A stretch of DNA of 64,000 nt from an uncultured bacterium (GCA_949291375.1 CASEVI010000001.1:68980-132979); one strand, 5' to 3'. Numbered from the stretch's first letter, positions 8,957 to 19,756 are shown. Notes: generated from the sequence alone by a model not told the origin. Numbers and translations: made by a program.

Positions 8957-9785
8957 AGGCATTTTATATTTAGTTCCTTCTCCAATTGGAAATTTAAACG
9001 ATATTTCTAAAAGAATAATCGATACATTAAATAGTGTGGATTGTATTTTTTGTGAAGATACAAGAAATACTCAAAAATTATTAAATCTTTTAAACATTAA
9101 AAAGAATACTATTTCTTGTCATGAACATAATGAAAAAGAAATGTCTTTTAAACTTATTTCTTTACTTAATGAAGGAAAAGATATTGCCTATATGTCTGAT
9201 GCTGGTTATCCAGCTATATCAGATCCAGGAGAGATATTAGTTAAAGAAGTTAGTAAAAATAATATAAAAATTGTTCCTTTAAGTGGTCCTACCGCTTCTT
9301 TAACTGCTTTAATAGCATCTTCTTTAGATACTTCTCATTTCCTTTTTTATGGATTTTTAAATTCAAAACACTCTGAAAGAATTAAAGAAATAAAAGAAAT
9401 TAAAGATTTTCCTTATACAATTATTTTTTATGAAGCACCTCATCGAATTAATGAAACATTGCTCGATTTATATGAGCTATTAGGAGATAGAAAAATTACT
9501 ATCGCTAGAGAACTATCAAAAATTCACGAAGAATTCATTTATACATCTTTAAAAGAAATAACCTCATTAAATAAAGAATTTAAAGGTGAATTAGTGCTTG
9601 TTTTAGAAGGTAATACTATTAAAAAAGACAATTATGATTTGTCGTTAATTATAGAAAAATATAATGAATTAATTAAAAATAATATTTCTAAAAAAGATGC
9701 GATTATCTCTTTATCAATTATCTATAAAATAAATAAAAATATATTAAAAAAGATGTTTATAAATAATAAAAAAGAAGAAAACTAG
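8943..9785 (+). CDS. rsmI: 16S rRNA (cytidine1402-2'-O)-methyltransferase
   Basis: LYLVPSPIGNL, CEDTR, SDAGYPAISDPG, YEAPHR, ARELSKIHEE. Confidence 0.96.
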   Translation: MNQNKGILYLVPSPIGNLNDISKRIIDTLNSVDCIFCEDTRNTQKLLNLLNIKKNTISCHEHNEKEMSFKLISLLNEGKDIAYMSDAGYPAISDPGEILVKEVSKNNIKIVPLSGPTASLTALIASSLDTSHFLFYGFLNSKHSERIKEIKEIKDFPYTIIFYEAPHRINETLLDLYELLGDRKITIARELSKIHEEFIYTSLKEITSLNKEFKGELVLVLEGNTIKKDNYDLSLIIEKYNELIKNNISKKDAIISLSIIYKINKNILKKMFINNKKEEN

Positions 9786-10123
9786 TTTTCTTCTTTTTTA
9801 TTATTTTCTTCTTCCTCTTCAATTAATCCTTTGACATTATTAACTGGAAGAGCAAAAACAATTCCTTGAGAACGTGTTTCAAGCCCACAATCTTTATATA
9901 TTTCTTCCATAACATCAGCTTTTTTATCTTCTTCAATAACTATTAAAACAAGTTCTTTATCAGGATGGATAACTATCCCATAAAATTTTTCAATATCTTT
10001 ATTTCCGGTTCCTCTTGCATTAATAACTGTTCCTCCTCTAGCTCCTTTTTTTCTTGCTGCTTCCATAACTAAATCGGAGAAACCTTTATTAATTATTACA
10101 CAAATTAAATATCTATTAATCAT
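9782..10123 (-). CDS. P-II family protein (DUF1538-associated type)
   Basis: VMEAARKKGARGGTVINARGTG, KELVLIV, GIVFALPV. Confidence 0.85.
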   Translation of the reverse strand: MINRYLICVIINKGFSDLVMEAARKKGARGGTVINARGTGNKDIEKFYGIVIHPDKELVLIVIEEDKKADVMEEIYKDCGLETRSQGIVFALPVNNVKGLIEEEEENNKKEEN

Positions 10124-10154
10124 ATAAATTATTCACTCCTTTTATTTATATATG

Positions 10155-10598
10155 TTATCTTTTATTAATTTTTTCATTGATTCTAGTATCTGAAAAGAAT
10201 CGATAAGGTAATACACCCATAATTGAATCAAACTCAATTAAAAAAGATATCCCTTTAGCTGATTTAGAAATTAAAAAACGATCATCAATAATTTTATCTA
10301 CTTTTTCAATTAAAGATTCTTTAATTACTGTTAAAACTATATCTTTCTTATCTCCTTCAATACCTAACATATATAAAAATTCACTTGGTGCAGTCCCTTT
10401 TCCATATACTAAAAATGAAGAAGATGCTCCTAAATCTAAAAATTCATTAATAAAATAGTCACCTTGATAACGATTAACAATTACAACTGAAAGATAAAGT
10501 TTCTCAACCTTATATTTTTTATCATAACTAGAGTTATCTTCTTTTATTCTTCTAACTCTTCTATTTTTAAATATATCTTTAAATCCTTTTCTAATCAT
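10155..10598 (-). CDS. P-II-like protein with basic N-terminal extension
   Basis: LSVVIVNR...GKGTA...KDIVLTVI...GISFLIEFDSIMG, a P-II-like pattern. Sits between DUF1538 and the second P-II. Confidence 0.6.
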   Translation of the reverse strand: MIRKGFKDIFKNRRVRRIKEDNSSYDKKYKVEKLYLSVVIVNRYQGDYFINEFLDLGASSSFLVYGKGTAPSEFLYMLGIEGDKKDIVLTVIKESLIEKVDKIIDDRFLISKSAKGISFLIEFDSIMGVLPYRFFSDTRINEKINKR

Positions 10599-10603
10599 AA
10601 ACC

Positions 10604-12169
10604 CTATTTAAACTCAATTAATTGCATATCATTAACATCTCTAATTTTATCTCTAGCTCTTTTATCAATAATAAAGGCGTTAATTTTAGAAACTATACCT
10701 ATAAGTTCGATTGAAATAATTGGAAGCATTGAAATTATTCCTATAACCCCAAATCCATTAGAAGGAGAGTCATTTTGTAAAGAAACTCCAATAATAAAAG
10801 GCATTACAAATGCTGAAGCCATTGAACCACAAGCAATTCCTCCACTATCAAAGGCAATAGCAACATAAATATCATCAACAAATAAAGAAAGGACAAAAGC
10901 TAAGCCATAACCAATACCAAAAATATATAAAATATTTAAATAAGGGAAATATAAAGCTCTAACAATTGAAATGACACAAGCTAAAGCAACGCCAAGAGAA
11001 AGTCCGATAAGCATCGTCTTTTTCTTAATTACACCATTAGAAATTTCTTCCACTTGCGAATTTAAAATATGAACAGAAGGCTCAGCTAAAACAATTGATG
11101 CACCAATTAAAATTGAAACAATAATTAATAAATAAGGAATATCTATTAACCCTTCTCCTAAGGCTTTTCCAACAGGTATAAATCCATAATTTGCTGCGGT
11201 TAAAAATATAGCAAGACCAATAAATGTATATATAAAACCAATTAATATTCTTGCTAATTCTTGTTTATGTAATTTTAAAAAGAGTAAATCATAAATAAAG
11301 AAAAATACAATAACTGGGGCAATAGCAAGTCCAACTTCTTGTAATGATGAAATCAAGGATTCAACTAAAGAATAAGTTTCATTAGTTACCGGTGTTAAAC
11401 TTTCTGGTTTTAAAAATAACCCTAAAATTAAAACGACGATTACAGGTCCAATAGAACATAATCCACTTAAACCAAAAGAATCATCATCAGATTTATCTCC
11501 ACCCTTAACTCCAGCAATACCAATACCAAAGCTAACTAAAAATGGAACTGTAATTTGACCAGTCGTAACTCCACCACTATCAAAAGATAACTCTAAAAAA
11601 GCTCCTTGACCATCACCATATAAAGAAGCAACAATAAAAATAATTAAATAAAATAATAAAACATATGTTTTAATTGATTTTGAAAAAATAATTCTTAAAA
11701 TTCCAATAACTAAGAAAATTCCTACACCAATTCCAACAAATATTTTAATAATCCAAGGATTAATGATTTCAGCTGGAATATAATCAGCTAAAACTGTTAA
11801 ATCAGGTTCAGCAATAGTAATTAAAGTTCCTAATAAAAATCCAACTAAACATAATAAAACTAGAGATTTTCTTTTAGTTAAATCTTCTCCAACATATCTT
11901 CCTATTGGAGACATTGATAAGTCTGCCCCTAAAGAAAATATCGCGACCCCTATTGACAAAACAATCCCAGAAATAAGAAAAGATATTAATAATTCCCATG
12001 AAAAAATAATTTCATTTAAAACATTTAAACTTGTATAAACATATTGAACAGCAAAAAGAATCCCTACTATAACCATAATAGGAATAACTGAAATTATAGA
12101 TTCTTTAAAACGATGAAAAATCTCTTTAAAGAATAAGAAAAATCTAGAATTTTTAAATGTTTTTTGCAC
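10604..12169 (-). CDS. DUF1538 family membrane protein (two fused repeats)
   Basis: Two repeats of the family motifs: TIAEPDL / VLAEPSV, FDSGGVTTG / FDSGGIACG, SFGLSG / NGFGVIG. GTG start. Confidence 0.85.
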   Translation of the reverse strand: MQKTFKNSRFFLFFKEIFHRFKESIISVIPIMVIVGILFAVQYVYTSLNVLNEIIFSWELLISFLISGIVLSIGVAIFSLGADLSMSPIGRYVGEDLTKRKSLVLLCLVGFLLGTLITIAEPDLTVLADYIPAEIINPWIIKIFVGIGVGIFLVIGILRIIFSKSIKTYVLLFYLIIFIVASLYGDGQGAFLELSFDSGGVTTGQITVPFLVSFGIGIAGVKGGDKSDDDSFGLSGLCSIGPVIVVLILGLFLKPESLTPVTNETYSLVESLISSLQEVGLAIAPVIVFFFIYDLLFLKLHKQELARILIGFIYTFIGLAIFLTAANYGFIPVGKALGEGLIDIPYLLIIVSILIGASIVLAEPSVHILNSQVEEISNGVIKKKTMLIGLSLGVALACVISIVRALYFPYLNILYIFGIGYGLAFVLSLFVDDIYVAIAFDSGGIACGSMASAFVMPFIIGVSLQNDSPSNGFGVIGIISMLPIISIELIGIVSKINAFIIDKRARDKIRDVNDMQLIEFK

Positions 12170-12203
12170 AATTCAAATTATACCAAAGAATATATTTTTT
12201 TAC

Positions 12204-13145
12204 TTATTTTTTATTAGTTTTCTTAAATAAAGTATTGAATTCTTTAGGCATTTCGCATTTGAAATCATATGTTTTTCCATCAAGAGGATTTGTGAAAATT
12301 AATTCATAAGCATGAAGTGCTAATCTATTAAGTGGATTTTCTGGTTCACCATATTTATCATCGCCTAAAACATAATGTTTCATACTTCCTAAAGTTACCC
12401 TAATCTGATTTTTTCTTCCACTTTCTAAATTTATATCGAGTAAAGAATATTTATCATTTTCTTTTATAACTTTATAGTTAGTTACACATTTATAAGCGCC
12501 TTTATCTTTTGAAGATGTCACATACATTAAATTTAAAGAATTCATCTTTAAATAATTAACAACACGGTCTTCTTTTTTATTTAAAACGCCTTCAACAACT
12601 GCATAATAACCTCTTTTTTTAACAATTTCGTTCCATTTATCAGTTAAAGCATCTTTTAATCTTTCGTTTTTAACAAACATCAAAACACCACTCGTTTCTT
12701 TATCTAAACGATGAACAACAAAAATTCTGGCTTTTCGATCTTTTTCTTGCAGATAATCCATTACCATACGATAAGCAGTTGAAGATTTTTCTTTATCAGA
12801 AGCAACAGATAATAATCCATAAGGCTTATTTATTGCAATAATTTCATCATTTTCGAAAATTATTGGCAAATCTCTTCTCTTTTTACGCATTATTGGTCTT
12901 TTTGAAATAATTAAAATATCACCTTTAGATAACATAAAGTTAAATTGTGAAACTGGAGCCCCATCAATAGAAATTAAATGATGTGATAAAAGATTTTTTG
13001 CATTATTCCTTGAAAAAGAAAGGTTTTCAATTAAATAAGTTAAAAGTTCTTTCTCTTCTTTAACTTTATATTCTTTAATATCTAAAACCTTCTTTTCTTC
13101 TTTAATATTTCTATTTTTTAAATTTTGTTTATAATTTTTATTCAT
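12204..13145 (-). CDS. RluA family pseudouridine synthase
   Basis: INKPYGL, VHRLDKETSG (catalytic Asp), GRKNQIR, LGDDKYG, LHA. Confidence 0.95.
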   Translation of the reverse strand: MNKNYKQNLKNRNIKEEKKVLDIKEYKVKEEKELLTYLIENLSFSRNNAKNLLSHHLISIDGAPVSQFNFMLSKGDILIISKRPIMRKKRRDLPIIFENDEIIAINKPYGLLSVASDKEKSSTAYRMVMDYLQEKDRKARIFVVHRLDKETSGVLMFVKNERLKDALTDKWNEIVKKRGYYAVVEGVLNKKEDRVVNYLKMNSLNLMYVTSSKDKGAYKCVTNYKVIKENDKYSLLDINLESGRKNQIRVTLGSMKHYVLGDDKYGEPENPLNRLALHAYELIFTNPLDGKTYDFKCEMPKEFNTLFKKTNKK

Positions 13146-13156
13146 TTTTTACTTAT

Positions 13157-14767
13157 TTAATTTTTAATACTTGCTTCAACAAATCCTAAAAATAAAGGAT
13201 GTGGTTGTAATGGACGTGATAGAAATTCTGGGTGAAATTGACACGCGATAAAAAATGGGTGATTTTTAAGTTCAATGATCTCACAAAGATTCGTTTGAGG
13301 ATTAACACCTGAAAAAACAACACCTTTTTCTTCAAAATCTTTTTTGAATTCATTATTAAATTCATATCTATGTCTATGTCTTTCTTTAATCATGTCTTTT
13401 TTATATAAAGAATGAGCTAAAGTTCCTTCAATAACATGACAATCATATTCTCCAAGTCTCATTGTTCCACCAAGTTTAATTCCTTCGTATTGGTCTGGAA
13501 GATAATCGATAATTTTATGAGTTGTATTTGGATCAAATTCACTAGAATTAGCATCTTTAAAATTTAAAACATCTCTAGCTATTTCAATTAAAGAGAGTTG
13601 CATACCCAAACAAAGCCCTAAAAAAGGAATATTGTTTTCACGTGCAAACTTAATTGCCTCGATTTTGCCATCTATTCCTCTTGTGCCAAATCCTCCCGGA
13701 ACAATAATTCCTTGTACATCTTTTAACTCTTCTTTAGCATTGTCATTAGTTAAAGTTTCACTATTAACCCATATAATATTTACTTTTTTATTTAAAGCAT
13801 ATCCAGCATATTTTAAAGATTCAACAACACTAATATAAGCATCATGAAGTTGGACATATTTTCCTACTAAAGCAATATTTACACTTCCTTTTAAATTCTT
13901 AATCTTTTCAATCAATCCTTCCCAATCACTCATATCAGCAGACGGCAAATTTTGATATTCAAAATGTTCTAAAATTAAATCCTCAAGATGTTGTTTCTTC
14001 AAATTTAGAGCAACTTCATAAACAATTGGAACATCTTTAACTGAAATAACTGCTTTATGTGGTAAATTGCAAAATAATGCAACCTTATCTTTGGCTGCTT
14101 TATCAATATCAACTTCACATCTTAAAAGTAAAGCGTCTGGTTGAATACCAATGCCTAATAATTCTTTAACACTATGTTGAGTTGGTTTAGTTTTTATTTC
14201 CCCGGTTGTTTTTAAATAAGGTACTAAAGTTGTATGGATATAAAATGTATTTTTATAGCCTAAATCTCTTCTCATTTGTCTAATTGCTTCTAAAAATGGT
14301 TGAGATTCAATATCACCAACTGTTCCTCCAATTTCAACAATACAAACATCAGTATCACCTTTTGCATTAAATCCATCTTCAAGTCTTTTAATAATTTCAT
14401 TTGTAATATGGGGAATAATTTGGATTGTTGCACCTAAGTATTCACCTTTTCTTTCTTTTTCAATGACTGACGAATAAATTTTTCCGCTTGTAACACTGCT
14501 TTCTTTAGTAAGGGAAGTATTAATAATTCGTTCATAATGTCCTAAATCAAGGTCAGTTTCAGCTCCATCTTTAGTAACAAAAACTTCACCATGTTGATAA
14601 GGGGACATTGTTCCTGGGTCAACATTTAAATAAGGATCAAGTTTAATTGAAAATACATTCAAACCTCTTCTTTTTAGTAAACGTCCAACACTAGCAGCGC
14701 TTATTCCTTTGCCTAAGGAAGAAACAACTCCACCAGTAACAAATATAAATTTCATATCCTTATTCAT
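13157..14767 (-). CDS. pyrG: CTP synthase
   Basis: [52 protein letters not shown]. Confidence 0.99.
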   Translation of the reverse strand: MNKDMKFIFVTGGVVSSLGKGISAASVGRLLKRRGLNVFSIKLDPYLNVDPGTMSPYQHGEVFVTKDGAETDLDLGHYERIINTSLTKESSVTSGKIYSSVIEKERKGEYLGATIQIIPHITNEIIKRLEDGFNAKGDTDVCIVEIGGTVGDIESQPFLEAIRQMRRDLGYKNTFYIHTTLVPYLKTTGEIKTKPTQHSVKELLGIGIQPDALLLRCEVDIDKAAKDKVALFCNLPHKAVISVKDVPIVYEVALNLKKQHLEDLILEHFEYQNLPSADMSDWEGLIEKIKNLKGSVNIALVGKYVQLHDAYISVVESLKYAGYALNKKVNIIWVNSETLTNDNAKEELKDVQGIIVPGGFGTRGIDGKIEAIKFARENNIPFLGLCLGMQLSLIEIARDVLNFKDANSSEFDPNTTHKIIDYLPDQYEGIKLGGTMRLGEYDCHVIEGTLAHSLYKKDMIKERHRHRYEFNNEFKKDFEEKGVVFSGVNPQTNLCEIIELKNHPFFIACQFHPEFLSRPLQPHPLFLGFVEASIKN

Positions 14768-14843
14768 AAAACAAAAAGACCCCCAGGAAATAACGAAACA
14801 ATGTCTAAAATAACTTTAATATTCTATAAAAATTATTACATAT

Positions 14844-14884
14844 AAAAAAGCAAAAATGTTAATAACTCCAATTTTTGCTTTTTT
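14844..14884 (-). terminator. Intrinsic terminator after ROK kinase
   Basis: AAAAAAGCAAAAAT / ATTTTTGCTTTTTT inverted repeat. Confidence 0.6.
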
Positions 14885-14903
14885 TATACAAATAATATTT
14901 AAA

Positions 14904-15854
14904 TTAATCCATTAATAATGAAGCAGCACCAATAATTCCAGCGTCATTTTTAAGTTTTGCAATTAAAACTTCGCTAGCTGGAGCTCCTTCATATCCATAA
15001 TTTTGTTTTACTAAATATGCTTTTAATTTATTAGTTAAATATTCTCCTTGATTAGAAATTCCTCCACCAATAACAAATGCTTCTGGACGGAATATATTAG
15101 CAAAATCTAGCATACCTTCACCTAAATACATAATATATTCATCTATTAATTTATTAGCGGCTTCATCACCTTTTTTAGCACATTCAAACGAAGTAAGACC
15201 ACTAACATTTTCAATATCATTATTACAATATTCCCGCATCATTGAGTCTTTATATTTTTGCATATATTCACGGGTCATTCTTAATAAAGCGCTAGCAGAA
15301 GCATAAGTTTCTAAACATCCTTTTCTTCCACATCCACAACTTCTTCCATTTAAAATTAAGCAAACATGTCCAAGTTCAGCACCCTTACCTTCGTTTCCTT
15401 CGTATAATTTTCCATTTAAAATAAGTCCGCCACCGATTCCTGTTCCTAAAGTAAGTAAAACAACATTTTGCATACCTTTAGCAACACCAAATCTTTGTTC
15501 ACCTAAAGCAGCAACATTAGCATCATTCGAAAGATATATTGGTAAATTTAGATCTTTTAAATAATCTTTTAATGGAACATCTCTTCCACCGATATTAGCC
15601 ATTTTATTAATTAATCCCTTTTTATTATCAACCATTCCAGGGACGCCAAAGCCAATTCCTTGAACATCCAGCTCTTTTTCCTTACACTCATTAATAATTT
15701 TAACTAATAATTCTTTAATATCTTTAAGAAAAACATCAACATGTTTTCCATCAGTAACAACTTTATCTTTGAGTAAAATCTTCCCATTTAAATCAACAGC
15801 ACCAGCTTTAATTGACATTCCGCCAACATCAACACCAATATAAACTTTTTTCAT
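14904..15854 (-). CDS. ROK family sugar kinase (glucokinase/GlcNAc kinase-like)
   Basis: IGVDVGG, NDANVAALGE, TLGTGIGGG, GAELGH, CGCGRKGCLE. Confidence 0.93.
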   Translation of the reverse strand: MKKVYIGVDVGGMSIKAGAVDLNGKILLKDKVVTDGKHVDVFLKDIKELLVKIINECKEKELDVQGIGFGVPGMVDNKKGLINKMANIGGRDVPLKDYLKDLNLPIYLSNDANVAALGEQRFGVAKGMQNVVLLTLGTGIGGGLILNGKLYEGNEGKGAELGHVCLILNGRSCGCGRKGCLETYASASALLRMTREYMQKYKDSMMREYCNNDIENVSGLTSFECAKKGDEAANKLIDEYIMYLGEGMLDFANIFRPEAFVIGGGISNQGEYLTNKLKAYLVKQNYGYEGAPASEVLIAKLKNDAGIIGAASLLMD

Positions 15855-15920
15855 GATAAATCCTCTAATTTTTCTTAATATATTGTATAAAAATAAAAAA
15901 ACTTCTTAAATAGAAAAATT

Positions 15921-16024
15921 ATAGTTTCGTTTATTTTTCAAATAAAAGATTTTTAACTTTTAAACGAAACACTTAAAGTAAAAATGCGATAAAATACGAA
16001 GTTTTTTCATAGTAAAAACGAAAC
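15921..16024. promoter_or_regulatory. Putative DeoR-family operator half-sites in the ROK/aldolase divergent promoter
   Basis: ATAGTTTCGTTT at 15921-15932 and AAACGAAAC at 15962-15970 and 16016-16024. Same half-site as the palindrome upstream of the deoR-type gene. Confidence 0.6.
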
Positions 16025-16060
16025 ATATATGAAAGAATTTATTCAAAGGAGTTATTAAAA

Positions 16061-17158
16061 ATGCCATATATATCATCAAAACAAATTTTAACTTATGCTA
16101 GAGATCATAAGATTGCTCATGGAGCTTTTAATGTCAATGCGTTATGCCAAGCAAAAGCTATAATTGAAGCTTGTGAAGAGTTACGCTGTGCTGCTATTAT
16201 TCAAGTTGCTGAACCAGGTTTAGCATATATTGGTGGAAGAGCAGATTTTTTAAATGGAACAATGGAAGAAAAGAAATTAGGTGCTAAAAGAATTGCTAAA
16301 TATGTTAAAGCTTTAGCAGAAAAATCACCTATTCCAATCTGTTTACACCTCGATCACGGTAGAAGTTTTGAATCCTGCAAAGCAGTTATTGATGCTGGAT
16401 TTAATAGTGTCATGATTGATGGAAGTGCCCTTCCTTATGAAGAAAACGTTAAATTAACTGCAAAAGTTGTTAAATATGCTCATAAAAGAGGCGTTCAAGT
16501 TGAAGGTGAATTAGGTGTTTTAGCAGGTGTTGAAGATCATGTCTTTGCTGCTTCTTCTACTTATACTAACCCAATGACAGCTATCGATTTCTTTAAAAGA
16601 ACAGGCGTTGATTCATTAGCCATCTCATATGGAACAAAACATGGTGCTGTTAAAGGTGATAACGTTAAATTAAGAAAAGAGATTGTTATTGCAACAATGG
16701 AAAATATGTTACATGAAAACATTGATGGAGCTATTGTTTCACATGGTTCAAGTTTAGTTCCTCAATATATCGTTAACGAAATTAATGCTTTAGGCGGACA
16801 AGTTAAAGGACACGGAATCCCACTTGAACAATTAAAAGAAGTTATCCCAGCAGGTGTTTCAAAAATTAATATGGATACTGATATTAGACTTGCTACTACA
16901 AGAAATTTACTTGAATATTATGAAGCTGATAAATCAAGACAAGAAGGTAGCAAAGTTTATAAATTATTAAAAGAAAAACCAGATTCATTCGAATATCGTT
17001 ATTATTTAAAAGAATATATTAATGAACTCGAAACAAATAAAGGTTTTAACGATGAACTTAAAGCAATTGTTCCATTAATGGAAAAAGCCGTCAAAGAAAT
17101 TGTTTTAACTGCTTCTGTTGAATTTGGAAGTGTTGGAGATGCTCCATACATTAAATAA
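16061..17158 (+). CDS. Class II fructose-bisphosphate aldolase family protein
   Basis: HLDH, SVMIDGS, VEGELG, Zn ligands in GTKHG and SHGSS, KINMDTDIR. Confidence 0.92.
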   Translation: MPYISSKQILTYARDHKIAHGAFNVNALCQAKAIIEACEELRCAAIIQVAEPGLAYIGGRADFLNGTMEEKKLGAKRIAKYVKALAEKSPIPICLHLDHGRSFESCKAVIDAGFNSVMIDGSALPYEENVKLTAKVVKYAHKRGVQVEGELGVLAGVEDHVFAASSTYTNPMTAIDFFKRTGVDSLAISYGTKHGAVKGDNVKLRKEIVIATMENMLHENIDGAIVSHGSSLVPQYIVNEINALGGQVKGHGIPLEQLKEVIPAGVSKINMDTDIRLATTRNLLEYYEADKSRQEGSKVYKLLKEKPDSFEYRYYLKEYINELETNKGFNDELKAIVPLMEKAVKEIVLTASVEFGSVGDAPYIK

Positions 17159-17204
17159 ATAAATTATTTTATTTATATTTTATATATTTAAAGTTTAGTT
17201 TATA

Positions 17205-17248
17205 AAAAATACTCTATAACATTCAGCCCTTAGTTATAGAGTATTTTT
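17205..17248 (+). terminator. Intrinsic terminator after aldolase
   Basis: AAAAATACTCTATAAC / GTTATAGAGTATTTTT 16-bp inverted repeat. Confidence 0.8.
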
Positions 17249-17459
17249 ATTTATTATAAGATAAAAGTTAATAAAATATTTTATTTAGATAAAATTTTTA
17301 GCGACAAATACTGGTACAATTAATTTTTTAATAATCTTTTTTTATAAAAAGTGAATAAAAATATTAAGTTGTAACCTTCTTGTAGGTACAAGGGGTTGGG
17401 AAGCCTTTTATAATCCCTTTATTTTATATATAGGTACTTTTATATAAAAAAAGAGGAGC

Positions 17460-18632
17460 CTAATCCTCTTTCTTATCTAAAAATGAAATTGTCGGTTTAA
17501 CCTCATCAACAAGTGGTCTACACCATTCAACAAATTCATCACTAACATCATGACCATCTTTGATGTATTCAACTGGGAAAACCCTTTCATCCAACATAAC
17601 CTTTTCAATCGGAATTAAAATTGGTTCGATTTTATATGGTTTTGTAGAAACTCTTTTAATTCCAGCCATTACACCATTAATATGTTTTAAAGCAGCATCA
17701 ATCGCAACTTCACCCATTAAAATCGCTTCCTCTTTATCGACTTTCGAAACTAAAGCTGAAGAACATCTACAAATTAATCCAGGTTTTTCACTTCTTGCTT
17801 TAATACCTAATTTTTCAATAACTAAAGTAGCTAAATGTGTTGAAACATCTCCAAAATATGTAGCTCTTTCTGTTTTAAAAATAGGTTTAACAATTGGATT
17901 ACCATTTTTATCTTTTAATCCTTCACTACAAACAACTACTACTCCATGATGTTTTTCCCATTCTTTTTTAACATCTTCGATAAATTGATCTTCATCAAAA
18001 GGAACTTCGGGGAAATAAATTAAATGAGGAGCATCACCTTTTTTCTTTCTAGCTAAAGCACTACTAGCAGCAAGCCAACCAGCATTTCTTCCCATGACTT
18101 CGATAATTGAAACATGAATTGGTAAACCCTTAACATCTTGAGCGCAGTCGCTGACCGTTTGAGCAATATAATTTGCACAAGAAGCAAATCCAGGAGCATG
18201 ATCAGTTACACCAATATCATTATCAATTGTTTTAGGAATACCAACGCAAGTTAATTCAACTCCTCTTTTTAAACCGTGTTTATAAATATTACCAATGGTA
18301 TCCATAGTTCCGTTTCCACCAGTAAACAAAACATAGCCAACGTTATATTTAATTAAAATATCAATTATTTTCTCATATTCTTTTTCATAAAGAGGAAAAC
18401 GAGAAGAACCGATTGCACTTCCAGGAGTATCCTTTAAAATCTCTAATTCTTCATTACTAAGGTCAGTTAAATCATTAAATTCTTCATTAAAAAGACCATC
18501 ACTTCCATATTTAGGAGCATAAATTCTTCCTTTAAAACCTTCTTTTCTTAATTTTTTTAATGCCCCATATAATGAAGCATTAATAACAGCGGTAGGTGCC
18601 CCACCATGAGCAATAATTAAATTTTTTTCCAT
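17460..18632 (-). CDS. PfkA-family phosphofructokinase-like kinase
   Basis: HGGAPTAVIN, GSSR, GGNGTMDT, PKTIDND, EVMGRNAGWLA. Confidence 0.9.
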   Translation of the reverse strand: MEKNLIIAHGGAPTAVINASLYGALKKLRKEGFKGRIYAPKYGSDGLFNEEFNDLTDLSNEELEILKDTPGSAIGSSRFPLYEKEYEKIIDILIKYNVGYVLFTGGNGTMDTIGNIYKHGLKRGVELTCVGIPKTIDNDIGVTDHAPGFASCANYIAQTVSDCAQDVKGLPIHVSIIEVMGRNAGWLAASSALARKKKGDAPHLIYFPEVPFDEDQFIEDVKKEWEKHHGVVVVCSEGLKDKNGNPIVKPIFKTERATYFGDVSTHLATLVIEKLGIKARSEKPGLICRCSSALVSKVDKEEAILMGEVAIDAALKHINGVMAGIKRVSTKPYKIEPILIPIEKVMLDERVFPVEYIKDGHDVSDEFVEWCRPLVDEVKPTISFLDKKED

Positions 18633-18634
18633 AA

Positions 18635-19756
18635 CTAATAAACCTTCTTTCCATTAATATAGACTTCTTCTACTTCATAATTAGAATTTAAAATAACAAA
18701 ATCGGCATTTTTTCCTTCTTTAATCGAACCAATCTTATCATCCATTCCCATAAGTTTAGCAGCATTTAAAGAGGTAATATGAGAAGCAATAACATCATCA
18801 AGATTCGAAAACTTTTTAATATTTCTAAACCCTCTATCCATAGTTAAACAACTTCCTGCTCTAACTCCACTATCTTTTAATTTAGCATCTTGATTTTTCA
18901 CAACAATTGGAGAATTCCCAATCATATAATCTCCATCAGGAAGACCAGCACACATTAAAGAATCAGTTATTCCAACAACTTTATTATTTCCTTTAATTTT
19001 TCTAATCCATTCGACCATTTCTGGGACGACATGGATTCCATCTAAAATTACTTCATTATATAAATCATCAAAATATAAAGCAGCAGTTGCAATTGAAGGA
19101 AAATGTTGATGAATTCCTTTCATTGCATTTAAACAATGAGTAATCGATCTAGCTCCAGCTTCATATCCTTTTTTAGTTTCATCAAAGGTTGCTGAAGAAT
19201 GTCCCATCGCAACTCTTATTCCTTTAGAAACTAAATATTTAATAACTTCTTCACTATTTTCTCTTTCAGGAGCAATCGTCATATATTTAAAAAGACCATG
19301 AGAATGAGAAATATATTCATCTACCTTAGAAATAGAAGGTTTTTGAATACATTCTTCAAGTTGAGCACCTTTAAATTCAAGTGATAAAAATGGTCCTTCG
19401 ATATGAACTCCTTTAATTATCGGATTATTTAATGAAACTTTATAAATTAATTCTAATTGTTTAAAAACAACCTCATCATGTTCAGTTAAAAGAGTTGGAA
19501 ATACACTAGTTACACCTTTAGAAATATAAAATTTTAATATTTCTTCAGCTTCTTTTTCATTTTTAACAGTTGAAAAATCATATCCATTCCCACCATGTGT
19601 ATGAACATCAAAAAAACCTGGTATCATTATTTTAGAAGAATAATCTTTACCTTCTAAATCGTTTTTAGATAATCCTAAAAAAGTAGAATCAAAAAGGACA
19701 TCACATATCTCCTCTTTATCTTCTTTAACTACTTTAATATTTTTAAAATTTTCCAT
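18635..19756 (-). CDS. nagA: N-acetylglucosamine-6-phosphate deacetylase
   Basis: PGFFDVHTHG, GVHIEGPF, MGHS, THCLNAM, GITDS. Start moved to ATG 19756. Confidence 0.92.
   Translation of the reverse strand: MENFKNIKVVKEDKEEICDVLFDSTFLGLSKNDLEGKDYSSKIMIPGFFDVHTHGGNGYDFSTVKNEKEAEEILKFYISKGVTSVFPTLLTEHDEVVFKQLELIYKVSLNNPIIKGVHIEGPFLSLEFKGAQLEECIQKPSISKVDEYISHSHGLFKYMTIAPERENSEEVIKYLVSKGIRVAMGHSSATFDETKKGYEAGARSITHCLNAMKGIHQHFPSIATAALYFDDLYNEVILDGIHVVPEMVEWIRKIKGNNKVVGITDSLMCAGLPDGDYMIGNSPIVVKNQDAKLKDSGVRAGSCLTMDRGFRNIKKFSNLDDVIASHITSLNAAKLMGMDDKIGSIKEGKNADFVILNSNYEVEEVYINGKKVY

Noticed and set aside
14770-14810. Possible pyrG attenuator (GGGGG followed by a T-rich tract on the minus strand)
   Set aside because: The stem is only 4-5 bp, and I could not place a promoter or a GGGC start as in the B. 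subtilis reiterative-transcription mechanism.
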